This document shows, piece after piece, positions 1-11,533 of a stretch of DNA of 42,274 nucleotides. This stretch comes from Seison nebaliae. Lineage: Eukaryota. How positions within the stretch are numbered: the first letter of the stretch is position 1; every line of letters starts with the position of its first letter. The stretch lies in NCBI GenBank assembly GCA_023231475.1, contig JALJEE010003095.1, positions 1 to 42,274 of the forward strand, written 5' to 3'. The notes beneath the pieces are model-generated. The model did not search any database. It was not told the DNA's origin and saw only the letters and a list, made by a program, of their open reading frames with translations. Both the position numbers and the translations under genes were made by a program.

Positions 1-516
1 AGTCACTGTGACAGAATCTTTCGTTAAAATTTCTTGTGGTGGTACATCATAAGTTACGGTACGTAAATCGACTTTAATATATTTATCAATTAAGAAATTT
101 ACAAAAAAGACTCCCGGTCCTTTCGCCTTCTTATTACCCAAACGTCCTAATCGAAAGATTACTGCTCTTTCATATTCCTTCACAATCTGTTCACATTTTA
201 TTAGTTTAAAAAATGATTGCCCAACATAACTTTAAAACAGAAACAGAGTGTTAGTGGGAATGTCAGTAGGATGATGAAATAAGCCAAACCGACTAAAAAA
301 CCGCCACAGCAACTTTGTTTACTACGGGGATCTTAACAAAAATAATTTTAAAAAAAAATTAAGTAAATTAAACTTCCTTTAAATGCTGGTGCAGATTCTT
401 CATCTTGATAACTTGAAATTTTTGGATAAACTTTGTAACGTAAATTATTCAAAAATGAATTATTTCAAAAAAAAATATATTAAACTTCGTTTAGACATGT
501 CTGAACTTTCTTCCAT
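1..516 (-). CDS. Stomatin / band-7 (SPFH) family protein, 5' part; runs off the window start. Introns 431-485, 332-373, 187-230
   Basis: Absent from the ORF track. Spliced translation MEESSDMSKRIYPK...SCCGGFLVGLAYFIILLTFPLTLCFCFK/IVKEYERAVIFRLGRL...GPGVFF...KVDLRTVTYDVPPQEILTKDSVTVT has the stomatin/MEC-2 hydrophobic hairpin and the EYERAVIFRLGR and DLRT...PPQEILTKDSVT motifs. Three GT-AG introns keep the frame. Confidence 0.93.
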
Positions 517-1283
517 GATAATTTTTCAAACTTACTGAAGATAATTCGTTTTTCAATTCAGTTACAAATTGAAAAAGTGCGCTATTTAAATTAAACTAAT
601 TCCTCATTTACATATTATATTATATTACATATTAATAAAATGTTTAATAAAATATGCATATATAATTATTAACTAAAAAACTTAAATGTTGAATAACTAT
701 AACTAACAATTACAAATAATGCAATCAAAAGATTTTAAGTCACCAGGAAGAATACGAGAAAAAATTTGGAAATCAGAACTATATCGCTCAATAAGTAAGA
801 AAGAAAAACTATAAAAAAGGAATAAAATAGTATATAATCTTTCAGAACCGTGAAAATGAGCATTATTCAAAAAACTGTGGAAATTACTATCATATGTAAT
901 ATCAATATATTTATGTCATTTAGACATCAGTTTAGAAAATATACATAACGGAAAAGAAAACTCAATCATTAATTCGAATAACGATTAAGTATCTAATTGC
1001 TAATGTTGCTAATATGAATATCATTTGAATCCTGAAAACTGAATTTTGAACAAGACTACTGTGAAAGGAAGTTGTCTTCGACTTTTTTATCCATTTTCAT
1101 AATTTGCATAATTTGAATTAAAAGAAAAGAAAATTTATTTAATGTTAAAAATGATATCATCATTAAATGATAATTTCAAAATGACAAAACAGAAAAATTT
1201 CTAATTTCTACGTAAAGAAATATGAAATGAAAATTAAGATTATTGCTTTGACGACCGTGAATGTGATTTTCAGACGATGTAAA

Positions 1284-2048
1284 TTAGTACTCAATTTTTT
1301 GAATGGGTATATCTCTTGGAGTACCTTCGATGGATTGTTTGTTGTAGTTGGCAGTGATTGTTAATCGATGACTGTCTTTATCAAAATCGCATTTTAACGT
1401 TTCCAAATTTGTACCATGTGGCAGAGTGGTCGATTTCTGAAAAGAAGAAGCTACGAAAGAATCGCCGTTATCGGACTCTTCCTTCTTCTTTCCTTTAATC
1501 GTCAACTGATTGCCATGTACTTCAATATTCATATCTTCCGGTTTGTACTTTCCTAAATCAATTGAACATTTCAATTTGTCTTCCTCCAATTTGGGATTGA
1601 GGAATCCTGAGCCAGAATTGTTAAAGAAAGAATCGAAAGTTTTCAATTGATTCTCAGCAGTTTTTACTAGTGGCTTCTCCTCCACAATGTATGGAGCGAA
1701 AATCAATACAGTATTATTCGATTGTACTTTGTATTTAAACTTGGTAACATCGACATCTTTGGGGAGATCGACCACTTTTGAAAAAGAGTGATGATGAAAA
1801 TTGTCGGAATCACCATCTCGTTCTTCTGCTTCTACTCGTAATCTATTTGGACCGGTTTGAGTCACTCGTACACTTCCCCGTTGGTAAACATGACCGTCTA
1901 GTTTGACGACAACCCGATAAACGTTTCTATTCGGATTACGAGCTTGATTTGAGAAAGTTAATGGGAAACCCATATCTCCAAAAGAGTTCCAATCGTCATC
2001 TTCGAAAAACGAGTCATATGGTCGAGGCATCCATGTTACAGGCCACAT
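1284..2048 (-). CDS. Small heat shock protein with two alpha-crystallin domains (p40/Tsp36-like architecture)
   Basis: Uninterrupted 254-aa ORF with two HSP20-like units (FSKVVDLPKDVD; YKPEDMNIEVHGNQLTIKGK...FQKSTTLP...LTITA) and a C-terminal IPI (IxI) motif. Heat shock elements lie upstream. Confidence 0.92.
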   Translation of the reverse strand: MWPVTWMPRPYDSFFEDDDWNSFGDMGFPLTFSNQARNPNRNVYRVVVKLDGHVYQRGSVRVTQTGPNRLRVEAEERDGDSDNFHHHSFSKVVDLPKDVDVTKFKYKVQSNNTVLIFAPYIVEEKPLVKTAENQLKTFDSFFNNSGSGFLNPKLEEDKLKCSIDLGKYKPEDMNIEVHGNQLTIKGKKKEESDNGDSFVASSFQKSTTLPHGTNLETLKCDFDKDSHRLTITANYNKQSIEGTPRDIPIQKIEY

Positions 2049-2136
2049 CTTTCACTGAATATTAATTAAACGAGAGAAAGTTATAAAACTATAAAAGTCA
2101 ATTGAAAAATAAATTTATCGATCCTATCAAGTTTTA

Positions 2137-2144
2137 TTTATATA
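2137..2144 (-). promoter_or_regulatory. TATA box of the sHSP gene
   Basis: TATATAAA on the minus strand, about 90 nt upstream of the ATG and just downstream of the proximal HSE. Confidence 0.7.
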
Positions 2145-2153
2145 AGGCTTTGT

Positions 2154-2173
2154 AGAATTTTCTAGAAGATTCT
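2154..2173. promoter_or_regulatory. Heat shock element, 4 perfect alternating nGAAn units
   Basis: aGAAt-tTTCt-aGAAg-aTTCt, the canonical HSF site, 10 bp upstream of the TATA box. Confidence 0.9.
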
Positions 2174-2207
2174 GGTGTTTTCTCTATGAATTATCTGTTT
2201 TTCCAAC

Positions 2208-2232
2208 ATTCTCGAATATTCTCGAATATTCT
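2208..2232. promoter_or_regulatory. Heat shock element, 5 perfect alternating nGAAn units
   Basis: aTTCt-cGAAt-aTTCt-cGAAt-aTTCt. Confidence 0.9.
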
Positions 2233-2514
2233 TCAACTTCATCCTCCTTCCATAAAGAATATTCGGTGGCTTTTCAAAAATAAGCTGCAGTCATAATATA
2301 TGACTCATGGAATACCTTGAAATTTTTTTTTTAAATTTTCTTATAATATACCTTCTCTATCAGAATAAAATTTATAAAACCTGATACATGGACAACCAGG
2401 TGGGAAAGGAATAAAATTTCCTTAAAAATGGTTAATTTTTTTTGAATTTTCTTTTTAAAAAGATAATATAAGTTTTTTATTTTATTATAAATAACAAATA
2501 TTTTTTATTGAAGT

Positions 2515-4127
2515 TTACAATGGTTTGTCTTCGTCATCTTTCTTGGTATTCGTCGGCACATTTTCCTCATCTTCTTTATTAGATGTACGTGCAACCTTTA
2601 TCATATCTAAATATTGTGGATCACTAGCAAGGTACATTGGTTCATCATCTTCACCTAGAAGGCGACTTATTCCACCAATTTCATTATTATTACGTGTAAT
2701 AGATCCTGTTTCCGTAGTTTTGATTTGACGGGAACCTCGTGACATACACTGTTTCATTTTATTACTGAAATGCATTCTTTGTTGATTCGGGTGAATATCT
2801 GAAAGATGAAATGTTTTAAGAAATGAATAGAATTAATGGGAAAACTTCCTACTCGCTGATGTATCTCCGGATCTTTTGTAATTTTTTGTGAACGTGAAAT
2901 AATTCTTTTGTAGATAGCTCCATTATTCGTTCGATATTTAATTTGAAGTTGGAACGGTAATTCTTCCTTTTCATCTTCTCCATCGATTATTTCGAATTCG
3001 AAAGTGTCAACTGTTAACGCTGTAACATTTCCTTGTTCTCGAATTGCAGTTCTCTCCTCCTCATCAATTGCATCGATCATTCGACATCTCTTATTTGTAA
3101 AACATTTTAATTGGACATTAGTTGCAAGTTGACTAATTGTTAAGAGATCGGCGAAATCGTTTGCATTCTTGTTCTTTGGATCGAATGCTCGAATATCACC
3201 TTCCGTCATTAGTGCACAATGACCAATTGCTGCAATCTTGCAATTACATCCTTTCACCGACAACAAATCGATCATTACTCCATTGTCTTTCGCTAATTGA
3301 CCTACTTCGCTAAAGAAAGATTCTTCTAAATTTTTCCCTAATCCAATATTGGCATATCCATCTGTCAACAAGACTACTCGAGATCCAGGTACTTCCGAAG
3401 CGACATACACACCCGCCAATAATCCATTCCCTAACGCCGTATATTCTTCGAAATATAAATCATCGAGACTTTTGTTAATTTTTTCAAAAGTGTCTTTGAT
3501 AGGAAGTGGCGCTGGTTGTTCCAAGACGAATTTCTTCCAACAATCTTTATTCATTATGTTACCATTTCGAGAGACTGGTTTGGTGAAATCGCTGAAATAT
3601 TTCACTTCAGTCGAGAAAGTAATTAAAGTTACTATATTTTCTGGATGTTCTTTGAACTCTTTTTCGATAGCTTTCTTTGCCATTTGCTTTACTGCTTCCA
3701 ATAATGTTATATGTCTTTCTTCTATTCGCATTCTCATACTGCCACTCACATCCAAAACAATTACAATTCGTTTTACTCCAGTTTTCTCCTTATTCTCAAC
3801 CTCATCCTTCTCCATAACATCTACTGCTTCTATTTCATATGTGACTTGATTGCCATTGTTTATTAGTTTTTCTACCATCTCCTTTCCATATTCTGTCAAA
3901 TCATTGAAGTTATAACAAAACTCACATTTCCATTCGATTTTCTCCGTAAATGTGACATTCTTCTTCGACAAATCTGATATGTGCACACCACATTTGCAAT
4001 AAATCTCTTTACTCTTACAAATTTCAACTTTCTCTCCTAATTGAGCATAATCATATGTCACGATCGGTACATCTGCATTCTTATCTTCCGGTTTGTATTG
4101 AAACGCATAAACACTGCCAAATTCCAT
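2515..4127 (-). CDS. Zn-finger plus von Willebrand factor A domain protein (Sec23/24-type Zn finger; circularly permutated Ras protein 1-like); intron 2799-2845
   Basis: CKCG...WKCEFC Zn finger, MIDAS DVSGS, TALG and LLTDG.AN.G motifs. A 47-nt GT-AG intron joins the 457-aa ORF in frame to the 2515-2775 ORF. Confidence 0.8.
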
Positions 4128-4515
4128 TTCGTCTCACAGATAAAAATTCGTCAAAATTATACAATGAAATATCTTAATATATTTATATATTTTCCACCTT
4201 GAAACTTTTATAGTAAATATAAAATGTGTTTTGTTGAATTGCACCTTGCGTGTTTACTTTTAAATTTTTTTCAAAATACAGATTCAAAATACACGTTAAA
4301 TTCGAAATGTATGTTAATTTAGATTTACAAAGTTAGTTTGAAAGTATGTTAGAGAAAATAAATAAACAAATCTACACAAAATACACAATTCAAATTTCTT
4401 TATTTTCACCAATAAACTGAACTTTTGTTTATTGAAATTTTAAAGAATTCTCGTAAATCAATTCGAATTCTAAACATTTTTCATTTTTACACACAATTTT
4501 TATAATGTTTTATTA

Positions 4516-5247
4516 TCAAATATTTTCTTTGGGAAATAAGAAGAAACAGAGATCGTTGAACATCCAATAAATGTCATTCTTTTCAGACTTTTGATAAATG
4601 GGAAATTCTTGGATGTCCATCTCCAGAATTTTATTTAAGATAGGAAAAAGTTTCTTGTTCGATTCTTTCACTAACAAATTCGTTCCTTTTAACGACGTCG
4701 ATATAAGAATGGTATTCTGACGATTATGCCAATTAGTTTCCATGAAATTATTTATAAGTTTATTGCAGACGAATGGAAAGAATGTAACTGTTAAATCAAA
4801 ATCATCCACAACATATTTCCCGAACGTATTAAAAGTGAGACATTCACTTTCATATTTTTTCTCTAAAAAATTAATTTCCTCATTGGTAAAGATTGGATCG
4901 GAGAAAAGGACACGGAATTTCCCATCTTTAAAATAATTTTTAATGGAATTTATGATGAATTCCCAAAATTTCAATTGATATCGTGCATATCGATTTTTGG
5001 ATATGTTTCCCAAACCGAAACATAAAAATAAAATTTTCTTTCCCGAACAATTCTCAAGAATCTGATGATTGATCATATGAAAAAGATAAGATTTCTGTTG
5101 GGAATTTGAGTGATTGATAAAGAAATTTGGATTGTTACTCACCGAATTCATCAATCGTTCCACATCATTCAATTTCTCATTATCGACACTTTCTCTTTTG
5201 GGAACATCATCAATAATCATTCCATCATCATAATTAAATGTCATCAC
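4516..5247 (-). CDS. SRRD: SRR1-like protein (SRR1 domain)
   Basis: CFGLGN...ARYQL and DPIFT.EE..FL motifs typical of the SRR1 family; uninterrupted ORF. Confidence 0.8.
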   Translation of the reverse strand: MMTFNYDDGMIIDDVPKRESVDNEKLNDVERLMNSVSNNPNFFINHSNSQQKSYLFHMINHQILENCSGKKILFLCFGLGNISKNRYARYQLKFWEFIINSIKNYFKDGKFRVLFSDPIFTNEEINFLEKKYESECLTFNTFGKYVVDDFDLTVTFFPFVCNKLINNFMETNWHNRQNTILISTSLKGTNLLVKESNKKLFPILNKILEMDIQEFPIYQKSEKNDIYWMFNDLCFFLFPKENI

Positions 5248-5362
5248 GATTTTATTAAGATTAATCTATCAATTTCGGAAGACGATATAAAACTCTTTGG
5301 AAAATTATCATGAAATTTTGATATAATTTAAAAATTAAATGAAAATTAATTTGTTATATAAA

Positions 5363-5387
5363 AGATATATATATATATATATATATA
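5363..5387. repeat. (AT)n microsatellite
   Basis: Run of about 12 AT dinucleotides. Confidence 0.9.
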
Positions 5388-5433
5388 AATGAATAAGAAG
5401 ATATTTGAAACAAATTCAGGTTGAATTGGGAAT

Positions 5434-6990
5434 CTATTGAGGTTCAGGTTCTTTCGTTTTGTGAACGACATATTCCTTCGCTACAGATTTCGCCGTTCGT
5501 TTTGCTAAAGCTTTTGGACCTAGACAACTAATATTGTAGCCTGTTAATAGGACATTACCAGCTGTATGTAATATATTCTCCGTCTTCTTTCCTGCACCTT
5601 CCCCATAATGATAATTGACAACGTTGACAGTTTCAGTGATCATTGCGTTCGCTAAATTCTTCCCCGAAGTCTCCAAATTATTCCAAATTGTTCCATAAGC
5701 TTCAATTCCTTTCCTTGTGGCATCTTTTGTCTTTTCAAATTTATCTTTATGTTTCTCCGAATTCTCTTTCCCAACTACTTTCTCGAAACCTTTATCGATG
5801 AGTGGAACTCCATAATTGGCAGCAAGTTTCCTCGTCACGTCTCCTAGTTTATCGACGAGATTGGATGAAACTCTAGCTGCAACATATGTTCCATATCGAA
5901 CATCTTGTAAACTTCCTCGTTGCGATGTTGATGGATGATCGCCAATATCATTATGTTCTCGTCGAGGTGCAGGTTTCCTTAGAGTCGTTCCAATTTTTGG
6001 AATTACCGAATTCTCTAACCATTCCTTTCCTATATTAATTCCTTTAACTGCCATTTGTGATCCTTGGTCGATCGTCTTCCCAATTGTTGACGAGACAACT
6101 GTCGATGGTTCTGTTTTCGTCATTTCTTTTGGGAAGTGAGTAGAGTTATCGACTTGAACAGTATCCGATTGAAATTGTGTAAAACGTTCAAGAATTGATT
6201 GGAATTTCTCGATATTCTCTTTCGGACATTTTTCATTAAAAATTATTCCGATCGATTCTGTCGTCTTCGCATTCTCAGGAAACATATAAGCACAATAGGC
6301 TGTTTGGAGTGTGGGAAATTTGGGTGGATCATGTAATGGAATGAGAATACGATTATCAATTTGTATGAAACCGATTAGATCATTCGGTTCTTTTTGTTCA
6401 AAAATGAAAACGTTCAACGGTTCATTAGATGACTTCGTCTCAACAATACCCACTTCATTTATAGAGAAATATTCGAATGAATCTTTCAATGACAGAACAA
6501 GTTTAGCATTTTCCATTTTGGAATTGGCTGGAGTTTCTTTTGGTAGATTATCCTTTATTAGCATAATATCATCCGTTTCGATATATTTCTCATTTTCGTG
6601 AAATATAATATCGTTTTCATATAATTTTGAAGCTTCTTCATTCGTCTGCAATTTGGGTGGTGGTGGTATCGGTCTTGGTGGTTTCGGTTTAATCGGTTGC
6701 TTCTTACTCAATTCACTCAATCTTTCTTCTACATTTTTCTCCGTTCGTTCACATTCACGACGAATATTGTCGAATGTCTGAGAATTTCCTGTTGCTTCTG
6801 ATTCTTTCAACTTTCTTCTCAATTCGTCGCCAATACGTTGCGCTTGACGATAGAGTAGAATACATTCATTCTTCGAACTATTTGTTGAATCTAAAATTAA
6901 TGCTTGTTTCGTCTTTTCAATTAATAATGATCGTAATTGATTTATTTCTTTTTCTATTGTTCTTCCTTCATTGTTCCTTACAGCTTCCAT
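5434..6990 (-). CDS. SPG20: Spartin (SPG20): MIT-like N-terminus plus C-terminal senescence domain
   Basis: N-terminal helical MIT-like segment (ALILD...LYRQA), central AYMFP region, and senescence-domain C-terminus (IW.NLE.SGKNLA...TVNVV.Y.YGE.AG...LGPKALAKRTAK). Confidence 0.88.
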   Translation of the reverse strand: MEAVRNNEGRTIEKEINQLRSLLIEKTKQALILDSTNSSKNECILLYRQAQRIGDELRRKLKESEATGNSQTFDNIRRECERTEKNVEERLSELSKKQPIKPKPPRPIPPPPKLQTNEEASKLYENDIIFHENEKYIETDDIMLIKDNLPKETPANSKMENAKLVLSLKDSFEYFSINEVGIVETKSSNEPLNVFIFEQKEPNDLIGFIQIDNRILIPLHDPPKFPTLQTAYCAYMFPENAKTTESIGIIFNEKCPKENIEKFQSILERFTQFQSDTVQVDNSTHFPKEMTKTEPSTVVSSTIGKTIDQGSQMAVKGINIGKEWLENSVIPKIGTTLRKPAPRREHNDIGDHPSTSQRGSLQDVRYGTYVAARVSSNLVDKLGDVTRKLAANYGVPLIDKGFEKVVGKENSEKHKDKFEKTKDATRKGIEAYGTIWNNLETSGKNLANAMITETVNVVNYHYGEGAGKKTENILHTAGNVLLTGYNISCLGPKALAKRTAKSVAKEYVVHKTKEPEPQ

Positions 6991-9900
6991 TATCGATTTA
7001 TCTCTTACTAATTTTTTTCTTTTATAATCATTTATAATTCTGACGATAAATTTATCTAACGAATGTTAATATACGTCTCATTTAAAAATATAAACTGACC
7101 ATAATGATGGTCAACTAATGATGAAATTGATTGAAAACTAATTTTTAGCTTATGACTATTTGAGCTTAAACTGGCCAAAAATTATTTCTTTCAATTTATT
7201 AAAATTAACATAACTTATTATTCAACAGTTTATGAATGGAATGAAGAAAATTTGTTAATCTATACAAGTCAGAAATGAAGTGTCTTTTTATGGAAATTAA
7301 TCCAAAATGATATAAATTGTCCAACACGTAGATGGAGTAGTTGATTGGTGAAGGAATACGTAGAAGTATGTGAATTTTTCAAATGCATTTTATTTGTTAA
7401 CAGTTAAAGGAAAATTTTGAATATAATTGATTAGATTGTGAGAGAAGAGAGCCGATGAATATTGGAGGGATGAATTAGAAATTCAAATTCATTTCTAATG
7501 TTTATTCATTAGAGAATGATTTTATTTTACTACAAACCGAATGAATCGATAGGAAATTCCACGTGATTTGCTAGTAGAATTGTAACGTATCGAAAAGTTG
7601 GAAACGTATAGAAGAAAGTGGAGAATGAATGGCCACCACTTAACTGTGAGAGGTCATGGAGTATTTGCAAAACAAGAAGAAAGATGAACAGTTAAATACT
7701 CTGACATAAAGCAGAGAAAGCAGCAAAACTTTTTCAATGTTATTCATTCTGCGCTACATAACTTTCTGCATAGCAATCTTTCTTATTCAAGAATTCATAT
7801 AAATCTGTAGTAATGAAAAGATGAATTAGCAGAGACAACGGGCAACTTTCTTATGATAATCATTTACCATTTTATTTCTTATTTTTGCGTCATTAGTATT
7901 TTATGACGATCGTTTCCTATTCATGAGCGTAACTATAAATATATTTTTCATTTTCGCATATCAGTTTCCTTCGCTCAGACAAAAATCATTCAGATTATGA
8001 GACGAAGAGAGAAATTGATATGAACAATAATCAATCTCTACAAGAGAATAATATTAATAATAAATAAGAACTTCTTTAATTATACATCATTCAGTTTATC
8101 CATCAATCTATCTAAATATCTATCCTATATTCATCAACTTCACCCAACCCAATACACTTCTCCTGTTTGGAATATAAAGTGAATTATGTATAAATAAAAA
8201 TTATGAGATACAACACGATATCTCCAATGATATATTCTATTCATATCAGACGATTGTTAAATTCATTTCCTACTTTGTTTACACTTTCTCCATTTTGATA
8301 GTGGAGTCTTAATTGGTTAAATGGGAAACATTATCTTTAGTTCCCGTCAAATATCCATCCAAAATGTTTCATTCAACATTCATCCAATATAAGGTCATTT
8401 TTCTTTCCTTTCTATAACGATGTACCAATTATCAACATTGTTCTTTCCATCTCTCATCTTTTCATAATTTCTTAAAATTTAATCTTTATTTACTATCTGG
8501 TATTAGATGTAATCTTCTTTTAGAAATTTTTATTATAATTGTTTCTTATAATTATTACTTAACTTTAATCGTCAATCATCTTTTGAGTAGATAATAAATA
8601 GAAATAAATATTGAAGAGATTAATAAGTAATAATAGTTTAGTAAGAAAAATTATTTAAATTTCAAATAATAATTAAGTATCTTAATATACTTGTCATAAA
8701 TCATCATTTATATGATATTATTTGAACTTTATGGTAGAATACGCGCATAGCATAAATCTTCTAATAACGAATGAGGAAAATGGAGGAGAAGAATCGCCAT
8801 TGGACTTTTATGCAATATTGAAGAATCGATTACTTATTATCGGCTATTTTCCTTTTTATCGTCTCATATCGAAATAAATTAATTTCTTACCATATTTAGT
8901 TTATCTATTTCTTATTATCCTCCATTTCAGTCGGATATTCTTCATTTAAGTATTATAATCCAATTCTTCTCCTTATTTGAACATGCAGAATGATCTTTGA
9001 GCTGCTAATTACTAATGGTTCTTAAGAGGATCTAGTTATAGTTGGAGGAGAACAATCTAATCATTGATTTATGTTCTGTTTACATAACGAAATATACCTT
9101 TCATCAAATCAATAACAATTAGTGGAATATAAAGGTAATAAACAAAAATGTGTAGAACAATAATTATCAATGGAATGATTGATTAGTAACAAATGAATTG
9201 TTTGATCATAATCATTAGATCATGATTAGGAAATGTCCGCGAACTGCCGTTTGAACGGATACACAGAGGTAGACTCTTATGTTTCATTCAATGGAAAGAT
9301 CAACGAAAGGAAGAAAGGAAAGTCTAGAAAAGATGATGATGAACTGGAATAATTGAACTTAAACATTTCATTTTATTTTCATTGTCTTATCTTACTGTTA
9401 TTTTATTTTTATGTGTCAATCATCATTTGTTTCTCTCGACTTTAGTCGATGTTATTCTAACAAGTAACAAGATGTAAGTATTAATTCCGTTTTGAAAATA
9501 TCCAACGGTCCAACAGTAAATGTTACAAGTGAGCTTAATTCGTGTAGAGGATGCCAAATAAAGTTTTTCCGATATTTTCCGGATCATTCTTGTCTTCATC
9601 TTATCAACAGAAAGTTATTTCGTTTCCATTTAATTTATTTACTGGAGATCAACAACTATTTATTGGCATTTGTCTAAATTATTCGTTATATGAACAATTT
9701 AGATAATTATGAAAAAAAAAAGAACTATCAATTTCTTACTATTCATTGAATACTATTCAATTCCTTCAAATTGACCTATTACTATTGTTCATAAACTTAC
9801 GGCAATTTCATATGTAACATACAAAATCTTTAAGGTTGTTGTAGAAAGAAAATTGATCAACGAAGGACATCTTCTTATTGGCACAAGAATTTTATAGTCA

Positions 9901-11533
9901 TTAATTCATCCATCGTTCAATTATATTTAGAAGAAACTATTTTTCTTCTTCACTTTCTAATCAGAATAGAATTGTCAATCAATTTTAGGGTGAATTGTCC
10001 TGTAAAATTGATATAATAATTTTCGATCCATAAAATGAAGATCAATATCATTGAATCTTAATCATTCTAAAACTTTGATAATATTTATTTCGAATTTTCG
10101 AAAAAATTCAATCGAATTAGTTTGAATTCACAATTTATTTAATTCTTTTTCAAATTGAATTAAATTTATTATTTTAATCTAAATTTAAATTCTATTTAAT
10201 AATTCCAATTTGCCTATTTTCTCATTTATCCAGATAAAAATCATCTTTGGCGAGATGGTGGATTGTATTAGGTGGAAATGAAATAACCTCATTGAATTGA
10301 ATGAATATGAAATGAATTCGAAGAATCATCATAAATGTGCTCGAAAAAGTGTTTGATTTCGCTGTTGGACGATTTATAAGAAACTATAAATCTGTTTCAT
10401 TTCATGTCCGATGAAAATGGATTCTGACTTAAAAGGTTAATCTTTCTTTCTCACGAAATTAAATGGAAGAAATAAATGAAATATTTGTGAGACTGAGAAT
10501 TGTCATCTCAATGAGAGTTTAGGGAAAATTTGAAAAATCTTTTGTTTGTGTAGTAAATGGAAGAATGATTAAGAAATTAGTGCCAGCTAATTATTGAACA
10601 GTTCTAATTGTTAAAAAGAATTAGTTCTCCTATTACACTTATTTGTTCATCATTATCTTTACAAGAAGATACAATATATCATCATTCAGAGTAACGGAAA
10701 GAGGTAAGAGAATATTATTATGTAATCAATAATAATTATTAAATGAACAGTTGTTTCTTCATTCAATTGTATATGTGAACTGAATTCTTTGCCCATACTC
10801 TTACAGCAGTGAGGTTATATGGTAAAAAAAATTAAGTATTTTTAGGTTAAAATTTCTGTTGAATTGTCGAAAGTAGAAGATTATACAAATCGTTCTTCAA
10901 AAACGAATGATGATAATGATGATGATGATGAAAAAGAAGATTTAATTTAAAAGGAAATAATCCGAATTCCATAGCTTCATCATTAGCGAGTTACATATCC
11001 ATAAGATGGCCCATATGGATATAATTCTTCTAAATTCTTCCTAGAAAACGCAGAGAGAAAGAGAGATAGAGATATTATGAAACTAAATAGAATTGTGAAC
11101 ATTTCATTGTTGCTCTACGAGTTGTTGGATGGCGATAGTTATTGCTAAATAATATATTTGAAAATTAAGAATGAAATGAATGAAACAGCCATCGGTCGAC
11201 CGATAACAAGGCTAAAGAGTAAATAGTGGAAGGCCAGAGGGTTGTCGAAATCCGTTTTAAACTCATTCACCTTCTAAATTCCTTCTTTTTTGTTCTTTCT
11301 TCGTACATCTTCCTCACACTATCTCTCCCACAGTCGAACAAACCAGTTTGCTTTTCCTTCTGAGCTGATATCGTATAACTATTAGTACATCACAGATCAT
11401 CGTGTTTCAGAAAGGTCTTTCCACATAATTTTGTCAATGTTATGATAATCAGTCAAATTATCATTATGTGAGAGAGTTCATTAAAGAAATTTTGTTTTTT
11501 TCGTTCGAATAATTTCCTTTGAAAATATTTTAG

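Noticed and set aside
369..490. Possible non-canonical GA-AG introns (GAAGTTT at two stomatin donors and the vWA donor at ~2845)
   Set aside because: A GT donor 3 nt away gives the same frame, and motif-anchored introns in GK and MOB3 are all GT-AG, so nothing non-canonical is required.
10995..11022. Short inverted repeat (ATATCCATA...TATGGATAT), and a similar one near 7096-7113
   Set aside because: Stems of 7-9 bp are expected in AT-rich DNA. No TIR/TSD structure or miRNA-length hairpin.
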